Shown here: in pieces, positions 30,290 through 45,714 of the stretch
Layout of the letters: every line of letters begins with the position of its first letter
Numbering within the stretch: position 1 is the first letter of the stretch
From: the human T2T-CHM13v2.0 reference genome, Homo sapiens
Reading direction: 5' to 3' (one strand)
Assembly (NCBI RefSeq): GCF_009914755.1
Contig: NC_060933.1
DNA: 64,000 bases
The notes under the pieces: model-generated
Database searches by the model: none
What the model was told of the DNA's origin: nothing
Seen by the model: the letters and a program-made list of their open reading frames with translations, nothing else
Program-made: the position numbers and the translations under genes

Positions 30290-31065
30290 ATGTTCACTTC
30301 ACAATGAGATGCCACTTCACAGACGATAGAATGGCTATAATTTAAAAAGACAATAACAATTCTTGGTAAAGATATGGAGAAATTTGAACTCTCATATATT
30401 GCTGCTGGAATTGTGAAATGGCTCGGCTGCTTTGGCAAATTGTTAGGCAGTTTCTTAAAATGTGAACTATGTTTATATATTTGTAGATATTTTATATCAT
30501 CTAGCAATTCTATTCCTAGATGTTTGACCAAGAGAAATTAAGATGTGTATCTACATGAAGACTAGAACATGCATGTTCATAGCAATGTTGTTCAGAATAT
30601 CTAAAAGGTGGAAATGACACATATGTCCATCAGCTAGTGAATGATAAACAAAATGTGGTATATCCATACAATGGAATATAGTTGGCAATAAAAGGGATTG
30701 AAATATTAGTACATGATATGATATTGTTGAACCTGAAAAAGATTTAATTAAGTGAGAAACTAAACATAAGAGATTACATTTATCCTGTTTATATTTAATA
30801 AATAAATTTATTTATTAAGCCATGTAATCCCATTTATATGAAATGTCCAGAAAAGGTGAAACTAGAGAGTCAGAAAGTAGATTGCTGGTTGCCTGAAGCT
30901 GGAGATGTGAATGTGGAGTGCCTGCAAGTGCATACAGCATGTCTTTTTAGGTGATGGAAATGTTCTAAAATTAGATTGTGGTGATAGTTGCCCAACTCTG
31001 CAAATGTATTAAAAATGGTTAAAGTGTGCTCTTAAAACAGTTGAATTATATGGCGTGGAACAAAA
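30290..31065 (+). mobile_element. Old L1 (L1MC/MD-type) ORF2 end and 3'UTR
   Basis: acaatgagatgccacttcaca...ctagcaattctattcctag...aaacaaaatgtggtatatccatacaatggaata...gtgatggaaatgttctaaaattagattgtggtgat. Confidence 0.85.
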
Positions 31066-31410
31066 ACAGTATGCCTCATATAGCTACTTTTTAAAAAAGA
31101 AGGTGCTTTTCCCTCTGTTTACTTTCCTTGAAACAATATAGAGGCAAAAAGGACAGCTTAGCTTAAAAGACCAATACAGTGTGAGATTGTGAATGGAGAG
31201 ACTTCATGATGTCCTTGTTTCTTTCCTCGTGGTTGTAATTCATAAAAAGAATCAAACCTGTGCTAATTTATAGAAATTCCCCACCAGTGCAATTTGTATT
31301 GCATCCATTCCCTCTGTCCACAGGCCAACTCTCTTGGTTCTTTCTCTCTTATTTTATCATCAGGTTATCATTTGGTGGCATTTAGAGCAGGAGTGCAAAT
31401 GCATTTTCTG

Positions 31411-31455
31411 AGATCAGATTAGATCAGGCGTGTTCAGGGTGGTATGGCTGTAGAC
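31411..31455 (-). pseudogene. Tailless 5S rRNA retropseudogene (5' ~45 nt)
   Basis: Minus strand GTCTACAGCCATACCACCCTGAACACGCCTGATCTAATCTGATCT versus 5S GTCTACGGCCATACCACCCTGAACGCGCCCGATCTCGTCTGATCT; TSD aaatgcattttctg at 31397-31410 and 31456-31469. Confidence 0.92.
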
Positions 31456-31813
31456 AAATGCATTTTCTGTACATAAGTTTTAAGAGTTTGGGGCCTCTGC
31501 ACAATGAAAGAAAAAAAATTGAGGAAGATCCTTATAATGAGATTCATGGAATCTTATCACCCAGGCATAATGGCCTCCCATTTCTTCTGCTCCCTTCAGT
31601 GAAATCACCTGCAATGAGGGAGAGCAGAGGCTGGATTCCACTGTCAGACTCCAGCTAAATAGAAGTGAGTGGTACTAGCCCACCTGCCACAGGCAGAACA
31701 TGAGCAAAGGAGGAAAGAGATTTAGAGCAGACAGTTGAAAAGGGCAAGAGAGGCCGACCAGTTTCAGTTATTTTCCTGAGGTTGCTTAAGATGCCAGTCT
31801 GCTTATAAATTCC

Positions 31814-32243
<430 letters not shown>

Positions 32244-32583
32244 TAAGTGAGGGACCAAATCAAAGCCAGCAAATGGAATGTGTAGGTTATTTACGGATTG
32301 TTGCTGAGCAAATGTAATCACCAGCCTGCTGTACCTCTATCATCATTTCCCTTGACGAGAACATCACAGACTTAAATTTTGCAAAGGAGGGAGAAGTGGC
32401 CATAATCCAGCTATAACAGTAACAGCCAATTCTGCTGTGATGGGAAGAGGTGCTGTATTAGTGCCAATACATTAACCAACTTTTCAATTGCAGCAGGGAA
32501 GCTGATTGCCATTATAATTCCCATGGCACTTCTCCACAGAGGTAACAGAACTGCTTGAATAAGCGTTCATTTCCAGCTCTGCT

Positions 32584-32584
<1 letters not shown>

Positions 32585-32628
<44 letters not shown>

Positions 32629-32650
32629 CAGAGAGAGAGAGAGAGAGAGA
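32585..32650. repeat. Compound microsatellite (GT)21-gaca-(GA)10
   Basis: Read directly. Confidence 0.97.
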
Positions 32651-33094
32651 CTATCTAATGCAAATGACTGGCTAAGACTTGAGAGTATGCATGGTGCCAG
32701 ACCTTTCTGAAAGATTATTCTACCACTAGATGTATGATCTTGGGTAAGTCACCATGCTATTATGAATCATGGATTGCATTTGCCAAATGCAATGTCTGGA
32801 TACAGGCCTTAAGGAACTGGAAGCTTTTAATTCCTGACTAGGATGCAGATTGCTCTAACTTTCACCAAATGGTAACCTTGTGATGAGACTAAGAGAGAAA
32901 GAACAAAGAGAGTTGGACTGTTGGAAGAGGGAATTGATGCCACCCAAATTGCACTGGCAGATAATGTCTGTAAATTAGAAGAGCTTTGATTCTTTTCCCA
33001 AAATAACCACAAGAAAAGAAACAAGAACATCATAAAGTCCCTCAACGTACCATCCCATATTGTACTGGTCTTTTAAGTTTCCTGCTCAAGAGTT

Positions 33095-33745
<651 letters not shown>

Positions 33746-34979
33746 CTAGAGCAAAGCTGTTGAAAAGATTGAGTGGAATAATAAAAGTGCTCATTAAATA
33801 GTAGCTTTTAATGCTGCTTTAATAATAATGATAATAATGCTAATAAAAATAAACATACTGTAGTTTCATCTAATGGGAAATCTGACCTCTCTTAAGTAAT
33901 TTAGAGATCTAAAATCCTTGCTGACCTGCAGTTTTTATCTTTAACAACAGATGAGATGAGTACTTGACTTGAAGACTTGGAGAGTCACATATATCAAGCT
34001 AAAGAAAGTATTTAGTGGATACCTCCAATATGCCAAGCACCAATACACATTTTTCTCATTTAATCCTCACAGCAGCATTACAAGGTGAGCATTATGGATC
34101 CACAACTTACAATGGTCAGAGACGTTGAGTAACTTGTCCAGTTTTACACCTAGGAACTGGTAGAGCCAAAATCTGAACTGTCTGCCTCTGTGGCAGAGAA
34201 GAGGCCTGAGTTGAATTGGGTCTTGAAGGATATGTAGGTATAAGAAGATGAGGAGAAAGGCCTGGAGATATTGTAAGGCATGGTGAGAAGATGAGCTGTG
34301 GTCTTCTGTGAAAAGTAGGGAAAAATGAGTTCCTATCTGAAGAATCTTATTCTCAGAGCTGAAAGCAATCTCCAACTCTCTACTTCTCACCTCCAGCTTG
34401 GCCCTGATGAAGAAGGGTCTGCTAATGGGCCGTAGACAACCAGGGTCCATGCTAGAAATCTGGAAGAGGATGATTGAAAGTTCAAATGTTGTTTCAGGGC
34501 TCTGTGTCTGCTTTCTTTTCCTCTCTTGGCTTGCAGAAAAACAAATGCTAACAGAAAACAAAGAATGCTTCCTTTATTGCTTGGGTGATGAAAGCCAACA
34601 TCAAAGTTGATGAAGAAACAGATTGGACTTGTTTAGGTGTATTCTGAATTTCTTGCTAAATCATTATCTAACATAACCCCCCCATTGAAACTTCTAGTAA
34701 TCCTTGCTTTCAATCTTCTGTGAACAGTAAGACTTCCTGCATGCTCTAGCAGTTCTGGATTGGGCATGTGGAGTAGGAGGTTCTGGGCTGACAAGAACTA
34801 AATTCCAGGATCACTAGTAGGTTTTTGTTTCCCTTTTGTAACACAGAGCCCCGTGGTGTCCTTGGTTCCTCAGATTATTCACCTTATCTGTGATATCTTG
34901 ACTTTCTACCTTGCCTAAGTGCCTTGACCTTAAAAGTAGTCTATGGACCTTATCAAACTTTCTTCTCTAACCTAACTAT

Positions 34980-35052
34980 TGGGCTATTTCCTTTGTTTCA
35001 CTTCCAGGACAAAAGGGGAACATACCCCAGACCCTCAGACAGGCTGGGGATA
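34980..35052 (+). repeat. 73-bp dispersed direct repeat, copy 1
   Basis: 67/73 identical to 38478-38550 by manual alignment. Confidence 0.9.
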
Positions 35053-37754
35053 ATGTTACAAATGTGCAAAAACTAGGAAGTACTCATGCTAGCTTCTCCC
35101 CATTTCCAGCTTTGGGGCAATAAGTAGGAATAGCAACTAAAATGAATGCACAAACCATCCAGTGCAATTGTGTTAACACCAACAAAAGTCTAGCTGAATT
35201 AAATAAGTACTCCTAGAGTAAAAGCAACTTTCCTTCCTCTGGAAGCCCTCCTAGATTATTACAAAGAGAATTTTGAAGGAGATGGACTTGGCAATGCTGT
35301 TCATCTCATACGTTTGTTGGCAAAATAAATCCACAACACACCACATTGTTGTTAAATAGAATGAATATTACAAAGCCAATTTAAATCTGGAATAAAACTA
35401 TTTAAAAGGATGATCATTTAATAGCTCTTGAAAGCAAGTAACTACTTTCTCTGTGGCATAGTAGAAGAACTCATTTGAGGGAAGTGAAGACTGTGTTAGA
35501 ATATCTGGGCCTTCCTCAGAATTTCTGAGGAAATGCTATGTGCAGTTATTTAGCCATATTGTTCCTCAGTTACTCATTTGAAAACTGGTATGAAAATAAC
35601 AGTAGCTATCTCACAGGGTTTCTGGGAGGACTAAAGTTACCAATGTGTGAAAGGTTCTTAAAATACCTAGAATTTATTAAATAAACATGTAATAAATGGT
35701 AGCAATACATATAATTATTAAGTAATACTGAGGATTGGTAATTTGGAGATAAATGTCTAAATATCTATGGATCAGATACTTTAGGGTTAGGATGATGGGG
35801 ATCACAAATGCAAGGCGGGACCATGAGTTGATCCTAGGCCGTACGGAATCTGGGCGTGTAACCTTAAACACTGTGTTGTTTTCCTTCAGGAACTCAGGAG
35901 GGGGAACCCGCTTTGTTCCATCAAATACTGCCATTACCAAGCATGTATCTTCATGTTGGTGCCTAGCTTTATGCAAACCTGGTACTTATAGTACCTATTA
36001 TTCACTTTAAGTGCTTAGAAGTTGCATTAGGGCTAGATTTACACATGCAGTAGCAGAATCATTCCAGAGACTTTCAATATCTTGTTTCATGACTGGAATG
36101 AGCCATACTTCTGGATCTTAGGAAGGAAGTCTGCATCGATAGCAAGACTTTGTCTTTTGTTCTTTAAAAATTATAATACCCCACTGTCATCTACCAAATG
36201 AAGATAGCCATTATTTATTTAAATTTGCAATGCTTTCTCTCCCCAGTTGCTTTGGAGTAGAAGCATCTTACTGTCCTTGGTTCATTGCTTTTCCCATTTT
36301 GTTTTTCCCTGGTACAACACATATTCCTCATTCTGCTGAATTCCTCCTTACAGACCAGAGATAAGTTATTCTTTAATGAATAAATGGAAGAAGACAGACA
36401 CAACTGACAGCAAACAGCAGAGATAACTGGTGTCTGTTTTCCCCTGTAGCCTTCTTAGGACATCATTTTGGACCTTTCGCCAGAGCTGTAGAAAAAAATG
36501 AAAACATGAGTGAGCATTTGAGTCATTCTTCTAAATAAGTAATTGTTTCCATTCCTTCTTCCAACCTATATGTCAGCATAAAGTCTCCCTTGACCCCCTT
36601 GACCCAGGAATGAAGAATTATATTAGTGATCAGTAAATGCATCACCATTTAGAGGGGAAAAAATGATTTAATGTGCCAGAGAGAAGAAAAGTCATCTGAG
36701 AATTGAGGAGGGTCAGGGGACTGACTGATTTCATCGGACCAATACTTATTTCCTGGGCTGATTGACACTCTCTACTGGGCATCTCAGTACTAGAAAGACA
36801 GGCTTTTATTAGTAACAGTGTTTCAGGGCCCAGGGAAGAAAGAAGCCAAGATAATTTTGCTACAGAATGAGTCCTGTCTAGCTTCTGAAGTGGTTGTACA
36901 ATATTATTTAATGAAGAGTGAAATAAGAGAAAAATATGTGTTGCCCTTCCATGTCTTGCACAGGTAAAGAAAAGAAAAACTGAACCATGGGTGCTTAAGA
37001 GATCTACATATAAGAGTCTCTCGACTCTGAGTAAGAGACCACAACTTCTAGACTGGCTAGGTTGTAGGAAACAATGATTTTATACTGCCTATATTTGGAT
37101 AGGTATATTTCCATCCAAGAAAACACGTATGTAGAGTTTATATGTAGTACTGTTTAGGTTGCAGAGGCAAGGCATGCAGTTTTGAAGCATACAGGTGCTG
37201 GTGCTCAGCTGTGATTATGCACTCAGCTTGGCTTCTTACTGTGTAATTCTGAGTTGCTGGCTTAAGTTCTCTGAATTTCTTTAACATTACAATGTAGATA
37301 TTAACAGTTATTCATAGAGCTGTTGGAAGGATTCAGTAAGTTAATAAAGTATCTGAACTAGTAATAGTGTCTGGCACATAATGAGCAGTCACTGTTAGAG
37401 CCAATAATTATCATCATTGTTACTGTCCCATACATATGAGCCCCCACTCTGAGATGTCAGTCCTACAGAGCATAGGCCATACAGAAGCAATCACCATTAT
37501 CCATTGTGTGTGTCACTTTATTATTTGCCAAGTACTTTCTCCTCCAGTTCATGATTATGCCCTGTGCTTGGGTCTAGTATGTCATAACCCCAGCTGTGAA
37601 TCCTTGCTAAAATATTTAACCTCTCAGAGCCTCAGTTCGTTCATCTGTAAAATTTACCCAATGCCCATTCCATCTTTACAAATTTAAAAGAGGCTCACAT
37701 CTTATGTTGCCCTGGAGTCAAATCTAATTTTGTTTTTCAAGAAAGTAACAAATT

Positions 37755-38070
<316 letters not shown>

Positions 38071-38477
38071 AAGAAAGTAACAAATAAACAATCTCTAGTG
38101 GAAAGAATACCCTCAAAGTGTCACCACTCCATTGCTCCAGAACCACACCTCCGCCTGAAGGGAGGGAAAAGGGTTACTAGGACAGTCTTACACAAAGGCG
38201 TCTTCAATAAATTTCATGGAACAAATGATGTATGCAGTGCACACCTGCCTCTTAGGATTAATTCTCAGGTTACAGTGAAGCTCAGAAAATTGCTATTTCT
38301 TGACCTAAAAGGAGGTTAAAACACTTTCAGTAGAAATCGATTCACTTTAAGGTATTTAGCACTGTTCATATTTTGTAAAAGTCTCTATGACAAGGCTGGT
38401 TTCAATTGACACTTTATGTAGCAGTTGTAGGAAGCCCATCACATAGAGAGTGGAATTTGAATGAGTGTTTTACAAGA

Positions 38478-38550
38478 TGGGCTGTTTCCTTTGTTTCACT
38501 TCCAGGATAAAAGAGGAACATGGCCCAGACCCTCAGACAGGCTGGGAATA
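38478..38550 (+). repeat. 73-bp dispersed direct repeat, copy 2
   Basis: 67/73 identical to 34980-35052. Confidence 0.9.
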
Positions 38551-39079
38551 TTGGGATTCTTATCTGTGTTTGCAACATAGGAAGTTGCAAAGTGATTGCT
38601 GGAAAAATAAAATTAATTTTTTCTGATTCTTCTATTTTTCTTTTGCAAGGGGAATTTATGTTACACTTGGTCAAATAACACTATGTACAGTGAAGGAAAT
38701 GAGGTGTGAGGGAATCATCCAATAAAAAATGATAAATCATAAAAGATAATTTAGAGAAAATGCCATTAGGAAGAGTTTGAGAAGCATGAAGATCTTTTTT
38801 TCATAGGATTTTAGGAAATGCTGTCACAGGAAATTGCACAATTTATACAGTTGTTCTTCTCTTCCTTGAAAAGATAGTAATAAATTTCAAATAGAATTAA
38901 GAAATAATGCAGGCTGTCAGTCATGGCCTGAGACTGGTTGGGGAAGATTGCTTTCTGAGGAGACAAATTATAATTATAGTCATAGTCATGACCAACAAAT
39001 CAGAAAACAAAACCCAAGTTATGCAAATGATTTCAAGGACTAATATGTGACCAAGGGGAGAGAAAGAATATCCAGATAA

Positions 39080-39780
39080 GATAAACCAAGGGGTCAGGAG
39101 GATATGGAGAAAAAGAAACCTTTATGCACATCTGTAGAAGGGAAAATGGTGCAGCTATTTTGGAGAACAATTTGGCAGGATTGAGGGAAATTGAATATGT
39201 GCATATTGAAACACCCAGCAACTGTACCTTTAAGTGTGCACTTCAGAAAATGTCTTGCCCAGATACTGAAAGAAACACATATGAGAATGTTAATAATAGC
39301 ATTGTTTGAAGTAGCAAAGACTTGAAAACAAACTAGAAATGCATAAATGGGAAAACAAAGTGTAAAATTTTCATATGAGGGCCTACTACACCGGACCCAA
39401 AATAAATGAACTAGTTGTACATGTAATAATATGAATAGATCAAAATGCTATTAACAATAAGCTGAAGGGTCATATAGCTTAATGCTATTTATGCAAATAA
39501 ACAAAATATATTAAAAGTGTTGCTAGGTATTGTATGTTGACATACGTATACATAAAAAGTAAAATTTGTGAGAGGTGGATTGGGAGCAGAAGCATGCAGA
39601 AAGGCTGACTTTGAAGGGGGAATATCTGATACAATAAAACATAAAAAGAAGACATGTTTGAACCAATGATAATATAGTAATAACACAATGTTACAGATGA
39701 AGAAGATAAATCTTGTTCTATGTACCAGAAGTCAAATGTTATATCTACATTGCTACAAAAAGGATCTCTCTCTCTCAATA
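39080..39780 (+). mobile_element. L1ME-type ORF2 end and 3'UTR, diverged
   Basis: gaggatatggagaaaaagaaacc...ggtgcagctattttggagaacaatttggcag...atagcattgtttgaagtagcaaaga. Confidence 0.65.
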
Positions 39781-42700
39781 AACTCTCTGTATATATTATA
39801 CACATACATGTATATATCTTAACATATATATCAGCATACCTAGTATATTAATTAGGAAGCTTTTGGAAGACATTGACCAAAATGCTACTTAATCTGGTTT
39901 AAACAGGAAAGAAGACAGATGTGTTTTTGTAACTGAGAGGCTAACAGAGCAAGTCTAACTTCAGCCAGAACTTCAAATACTGATCATTGGAACATTGTTT
40001 CACTCAGTCTCTTCTCTTTTTCTCGATGGTATTGGTTTCATTCTCAAGCAGGCTGTCCCAAAGAGGGCCAGCTCCAGGCTTCTGATCCACCAGCTTAAAG
40101 AGAATGCCAGGACAATTCTCGGGTTTTCATTTCATTGACCTGGTTTGACTCTGATGTGAACTTCTCAATCTATTTGACCAGACCTTATCTGAACAGTATT
40201 GAGTTACAGTGTGCTTGTGTTACATCGCCAAGGGACAGTTGGAAAAATCAAAATGGTTATTCCCCAAATTATGGTAAAGATTCCAGGGAGTGCCAGAAAA
40301 ATGAGTGTCTACTTTACATACACTTTGGAAAAATAAGACAAAATGATGAGATAAACTGGAGTTGGCTTCTGAGAAACTAAATTTTTGGAAAAAGTTTTTC
40401 CCAAGGGTCATTTTATTTAGTTAAATAGTTATTAGTTGAAATTTTAAAAAAAAGCATTCTCAGGCTGATTATGGCTACCTTATGAGTCTCATGAGCAGTT
40501 AAAGAAGCAGAACATTTGCCTTGGAGAAGAAAAGGTTTAAGGAAGACAGGACACCAATCATGTAATGAAAGGGTTGAGTTGCTTTTGTTTCAGAAGACAC
40601 ATTATGACAGTAGATAATAGAATGTATCAGATACTAGTAAGATAAATTGTCTATTTGCCTTTTCTAACATAATAGATTGAGGGCTTCAGACTGTGATCTC
40701 TCCATTGTTTAAAACTTACCAGGGATGTTATTGAAAGTCTTCTGAATATGAGACACAGGATGGACAAAGTAGCACAATAAAATCTTCCATTTTTAGTAAT
40801 CCATGACTCTATACAAGTTAAGTTGTGCACATTTTAAAAGTTGCTGAATGCGATCTGGCTCTCTTGGTGGTAGTGAAATTTTTATATTGTGAGATCTTTT
40901 TTTAGTTGATAAAAATTTAAGTCCCAAAAGTATTATTCATTGAGTGATCTTGAATGTGACATTTTTCTTGGTTCCTGATGAGTCATCTTTGCAATACTTA
41001 TCCAAGTAATTCAGATAAGTGGAAAGAAAAAAAAACTGTACTGTTGTTACCAATATTAACCTTATCCTTCTATGATCACCCCATACTAGAAAAAGAGATA
41101 ATAACCTCTTCTAACCCTGACTTTTTTTTTTAATTTTAAAAGTGTTTTTTAATTACCAATTCAGACTTGGTATTTTGCTAATTACATCAAGAAAACACCA
41201 ACACCATTATGCAAAAATTATTTTGAGGGACAGTTGTGGAACTATTTTACTGATCTCCAAGGAGTATGAAAGTGGAAAAGAATTCCTTGTGCTTCAGAAA
41301 AATTAGACATGCTGTTTGACATCCTGAGGAAACACCTAAAAACATGTAGTAGTCTTAAAGACAATTACCAAATGATGAGGAAGCCAGAATTGACATGACA
41401 AAAGAGGGAGCAGATTCAAGAACAATAATTTTAGAGGAATAGTAGTTCTTAAAAGTGAAAAATCTATTGTTATAATTGTTGACATTGTTGAACTGAATCA
41501 CCTATTTCTAAATGCCTGTACACTACATCTTTATGTATCTGCAAAAAGGGCCTATGCTTTATGTCATCTCCGTCCATTGGCTGGAACAAAGATATTAGCA
41601 TTATATAGACATTTCCTAATTACCTTAGCTCTGGCTGTGCCATTAGCCCCTATCTTCGATCTAGCATGGCGAAGATGACACAATGTAACTGACTTCCTAT
41701 TTCGATTAGCTCTTTAAAGGGAGATGGCTTCAAATACCAAGGTCATGGTGATAAGGAACCAAGATGTTATCACTGGGAGACAAGCTCCTGACTATGACTT
41801 CCTATGGAAGGATGATCGGAGCCTGTGTGCAAGTGTGCCATGGCTGAGTGAACAGCCTGTCAAGGAATGTGTTATCATCAGCGTAGAACCCAGACTTGAC
41901 TGGATGTAAACTTACACACAGATTTAAACATGAAATTTTTCTAGCAAATACGCTCTTGTGGTGTAGGATACTTTAATAAAGATTAATAATAAATCGGATA
42001 CTCCTGGCATGGGCCGCTTGTTTTTCACTCCTGATGTCACCTTCCATGGGAATGAGCTCCACTTGTATAACACTCCTGAGCTGCCTTCACCTCCTTCACT
42101 CACTGTGCCCCAAGGAAGGTATGATCATTTCTCAAATTGGTAATAATGAGAAGAAAAAGTGGAACATGCTTGACCCAGCTCCCCTTTCTCTCTCATGATC
42201 AGATCTGGTCCTAGAGGTCATATATTCTCAGCCCCTTGGTGCTGTGGGTCTTCCCTCTAGAGTCTTCCTAGGTCCAGAATTGCTGCTGACAGGGTAGGAA
42301 AGTCTATTTGATTCTAGAGTTCAATATTAGGAAGCACATATGGCCTCATCCTGAGTTATATCTTCCCACATAGTCTTTAGCAGAAATAATGTCATAATCG
42401 GGTCTCCCATTGGACTTTTTGTTTTGTTTCTCATTTTACTCAAAACCTAGGTGAGGATGAGTGGTATTACTACTGAAGCCTTTAAAAGTCCCCATGTTTC
42501 AGCATACAGGATTATAGTGATTCTGTGAGCACATACTAGATGGTATGTTCAAATGTAGCCATTCCGCCTTTACCAGTGGAGGAGTTGCTCTTGAGTTTGA
42601 CTTCAATAGGAAAGAAAGATTTTTATTCCTAGCAGGATGAGTGCAACTTTCTCTGGGCCCCAAGCTTTCTGTATGCTGAGTAGCCAGTCTTATCAGCAAC

Positions 42701-43789
42701 ACTAAGGCTGCCACACACCCAAATACTCTGCTACTTCCCCACTGACGTGTGTGTGTTGTCGTGCCTGCCCTATAAGAAGGGAGGAGAACAGGGGACAGAG
42801 TCTTCCTGTTAGAACATACCAAACTCCAAAAAGTTCCAAACAATTTACTGTTTTCCATATGCATGTGACAAAAAGAATTTGATCCTGATTTGAATAAGAT
42901 CCAAGCTTACTATAAATCCTTTGAACCTTCCTTGAAAGATAAATCCCAGGATCGCAGGCATCATGATCTGTAGTCCATAGAAGGGAGCAAGAAACTATAT
43001 GGATTTTCTGCCAAAGACACAATTGTTCTATTTACTAATAAAAGGGGAAACATATTTTTACCCTGCAGTCCTTATGTAGTCATGATACCAGATAATCAGC
43101 TCCAGAGATAACTTCAAAAAAGAGCAGCTGGACAAATTTCAGGAGATATTTTATCTGTACCACTGCATACAATCATGCAAGTATTTACCCCAAGAGGCTG
43201 GACCAAAGGAAAGCAATTTCTAAAATCAAGAAGACGATTTCATCATACAAGAAGAAAACAAATTGTGACTTACTAACCTCAGAAAGATAAACATCATTTA
43301 TATGTAATTTGAGTGCCTTCATGGTATGGTTTGTTTATGGTGTGGTATGGAAACTAACATAATATAAGCCATCTTGCTTTATTAATAACAGCACCAAACT
43401 CATGAGTTGGCAGCCATGTATGTGTGAAAAGTGACTGGTGTAAGCATGGTTGGATGTAAAAGTCACCAAAAGCCTGGCTTTGCCTACTGACTCTGTCACT
43501 ACTCATCTGTGTGACAGTGAACAAATGTCATCCTTTCTAGACCTCAGATTCTTTATCTGCGTAACGACTTGGTTGGTCAAAATCAACTGCTTGCAAATGC
43601 TTAGGTGATACAGGTAAGAAGTGGTTCAAGTCACAGTTGATGATAGGCTCCTTTTAAATAGGGCAGTCTGATGCTGTTCATGTCCATGTTCTGGGAATAG
43701 TTAGTTGCAGTTAGGTGTGCTCATGACTTAGTTCGTCATTAGCTCAGAACTTCTGCCACTGCATATGTGACATCTGAGTACTGATTTAT

Positions 43790-44105
43790 CTATAGCTACA
43801 AGTTTTGGTATGTTGTGCTTTTATTTTCTTTCATCTCAAGGTATTTTCTAATTACCCTTGTGATTTCTTCCTGACCCATTGGTTATTAGGAATGCATCAT
43901 TTAATTTCTAAATAATTGTGACTTTCTAAAATCCTTGTGTTATTTCATTTTTAATTTTATTGTGGTCTTACTTAGTATGATTTTAATTATTTTATGTATA
44001 TTAGGGCTCGTCTTATGGCCTAACTATGGCCAGTCTTTGTAAATGCTCTATGTGTATCTGAGAAGAATGTGTATTCAAGAATGTGTATTCTGATGTTCTT
44101 GGGCC
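43790..44105 (-). mobile_element. Old L1 ORF2 (endonuclease-region) fragment
   Basis: caagttttggtatgttgtg...tgatttcttcctgacccattggttattagg...ctgagaagaatgtgtattc. Confidence 0.7.
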
Positions 44106-45714
44106 TCTATGATATATTGTTAACACTTTTGATTTATATATTAAGTAAAACAACTTTTACTGATCTACAAAGTGAAATTTCTAACCTAAATTTGCATCTT
44201 TTTGGATACAAAAACATTGAAATAACTTAAAATTCATGTTTTGAAAGGTTATGTGAATGGGGTTTGCAGATTAAAAATGTCCAGAAAATACTGGGCCAGG
44301 CAGCCTCTAAGTCTTTATGTGGGTGTGTATACTTAGGGCCAGTTTTTGGCTCAGCAGAAAACTTAGCCTATGTTCCAGGAGGTAAAAGGAAGATGAGCAA
44401 TACACAAAATTATAGCCATTTTTACTCTCTTAGGAAAAGGAGGATATAAAACTATTTATTCACAAACATCTATCAAACTTCTGTCTTATGTAAATTTTTG
44501 CAAAGATTTATGTTAAATATTTTAATCTATTATTTCAGAATGTGATGTTAATTTCTCAAATTCAAATTCTGCTGTCTGACTCAGGTTTGCTGTGCTAACC
44601 AAAAATTACCGAATCTTGCCTCCAGTTGGATTTAGAATAAGACCTTATTGTGGGCACTATAGGGCAGAAAAGAAACAAATAATTCAGGGCTCAGCAATTG
44701 TAATAGAGACTTAACTTCTGCTGCTCATAATTCCTGTGACTCTAGACAATTCATTAGACTGCTGTATGCCTTAGTTTTCTATTTTGTTGAACTGAGAAAA
44801 GACCACCTGTTATGTCAAGGAGATTGATGACTCTTTCTTCTAGATCTCTCCATCCTACATGTGGGAGGTATTATGACAGATCTCCAAGGTAAAAGTATAT
44901 CCTGTTCATATTTTGAAATACGAAATAGTTCATATTCATACTTCAAGAAAGTTCATATTTCACTTTCTTTTCTGTGAGTTTACAGACTCTTCCCTTAGTT
45001 TACAATTTAGGGAAATCTCTATTTTCCTTAACCACATATTTTTCAGTGCCAGTAATGCAAGCATGACAGATTTTCAAATCAGTGGGAGATCAACAGTCAT
45101 GGGAGGAAAATGAAGAGAAGAAAGAAGAAATTTAGGTCCAAATATTGTCTTCATTATATTGTGTCCTCTTAAATATTGATCCTCTCACAAACCTGAATAA
45201 GTCATAGGGAAAATTAGGAAAAAGAAAAACTTCCTTTTTGTTTTTGCTAAATTCCTTTTCATCTTTCTCTTTTTCCTTTTCTTCTTTTCCTCCAAAAAAT
45301 CTGAGGCTCTTCCTGGTATGTTGTGTCCCAGTCAGTGCTTTGCTGCCCTGGAACCAGTATTGTGTTCATTGATTTATGCATTTCTCCCTCCAGGAAGTAT
45401 TCATTGAGCAACTAGTAGTACCAGGCTCTTAAGATCTTCCAGTGAATAAAATAGATAAAAGTAATTTTTAAGAACGTTGTATTTAAAAAGACTGGGTGCA
45501 GCTGGAGCAGAGAGGAGGGGAAAGGATGGGAGATGCAGCCAAAAGGTAGCAGGAGGCCAGATGATGGAGGGCTGTGAAGGGCCATTGTTTGAACTTTGGC
45601 TCTTTTGCTGAGTGGTATGGGAAGCAACTGGAGGTGCTCTGAATGACACAATCTGACATAATTTACTTGGGTCATTCTAGCAATAGTGTGGAGACAAGAT
45701 TTGTCCTCAGTAGT

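Noticed and set aside
34398-34640. 70-aa ORF and a strong acceptor-like ttttcctctcttggcttgcag
   Set aside because: No convincing donor or partner exons; it could be a lncRNA exon, but sequence alone does not support it.
41580-41685. U6-like words (tagcatggc...gatgacac) and a 7-bp hairpin
   Set aside because: Matches are short and gapped, and there is no TSD or tail; likely chance.
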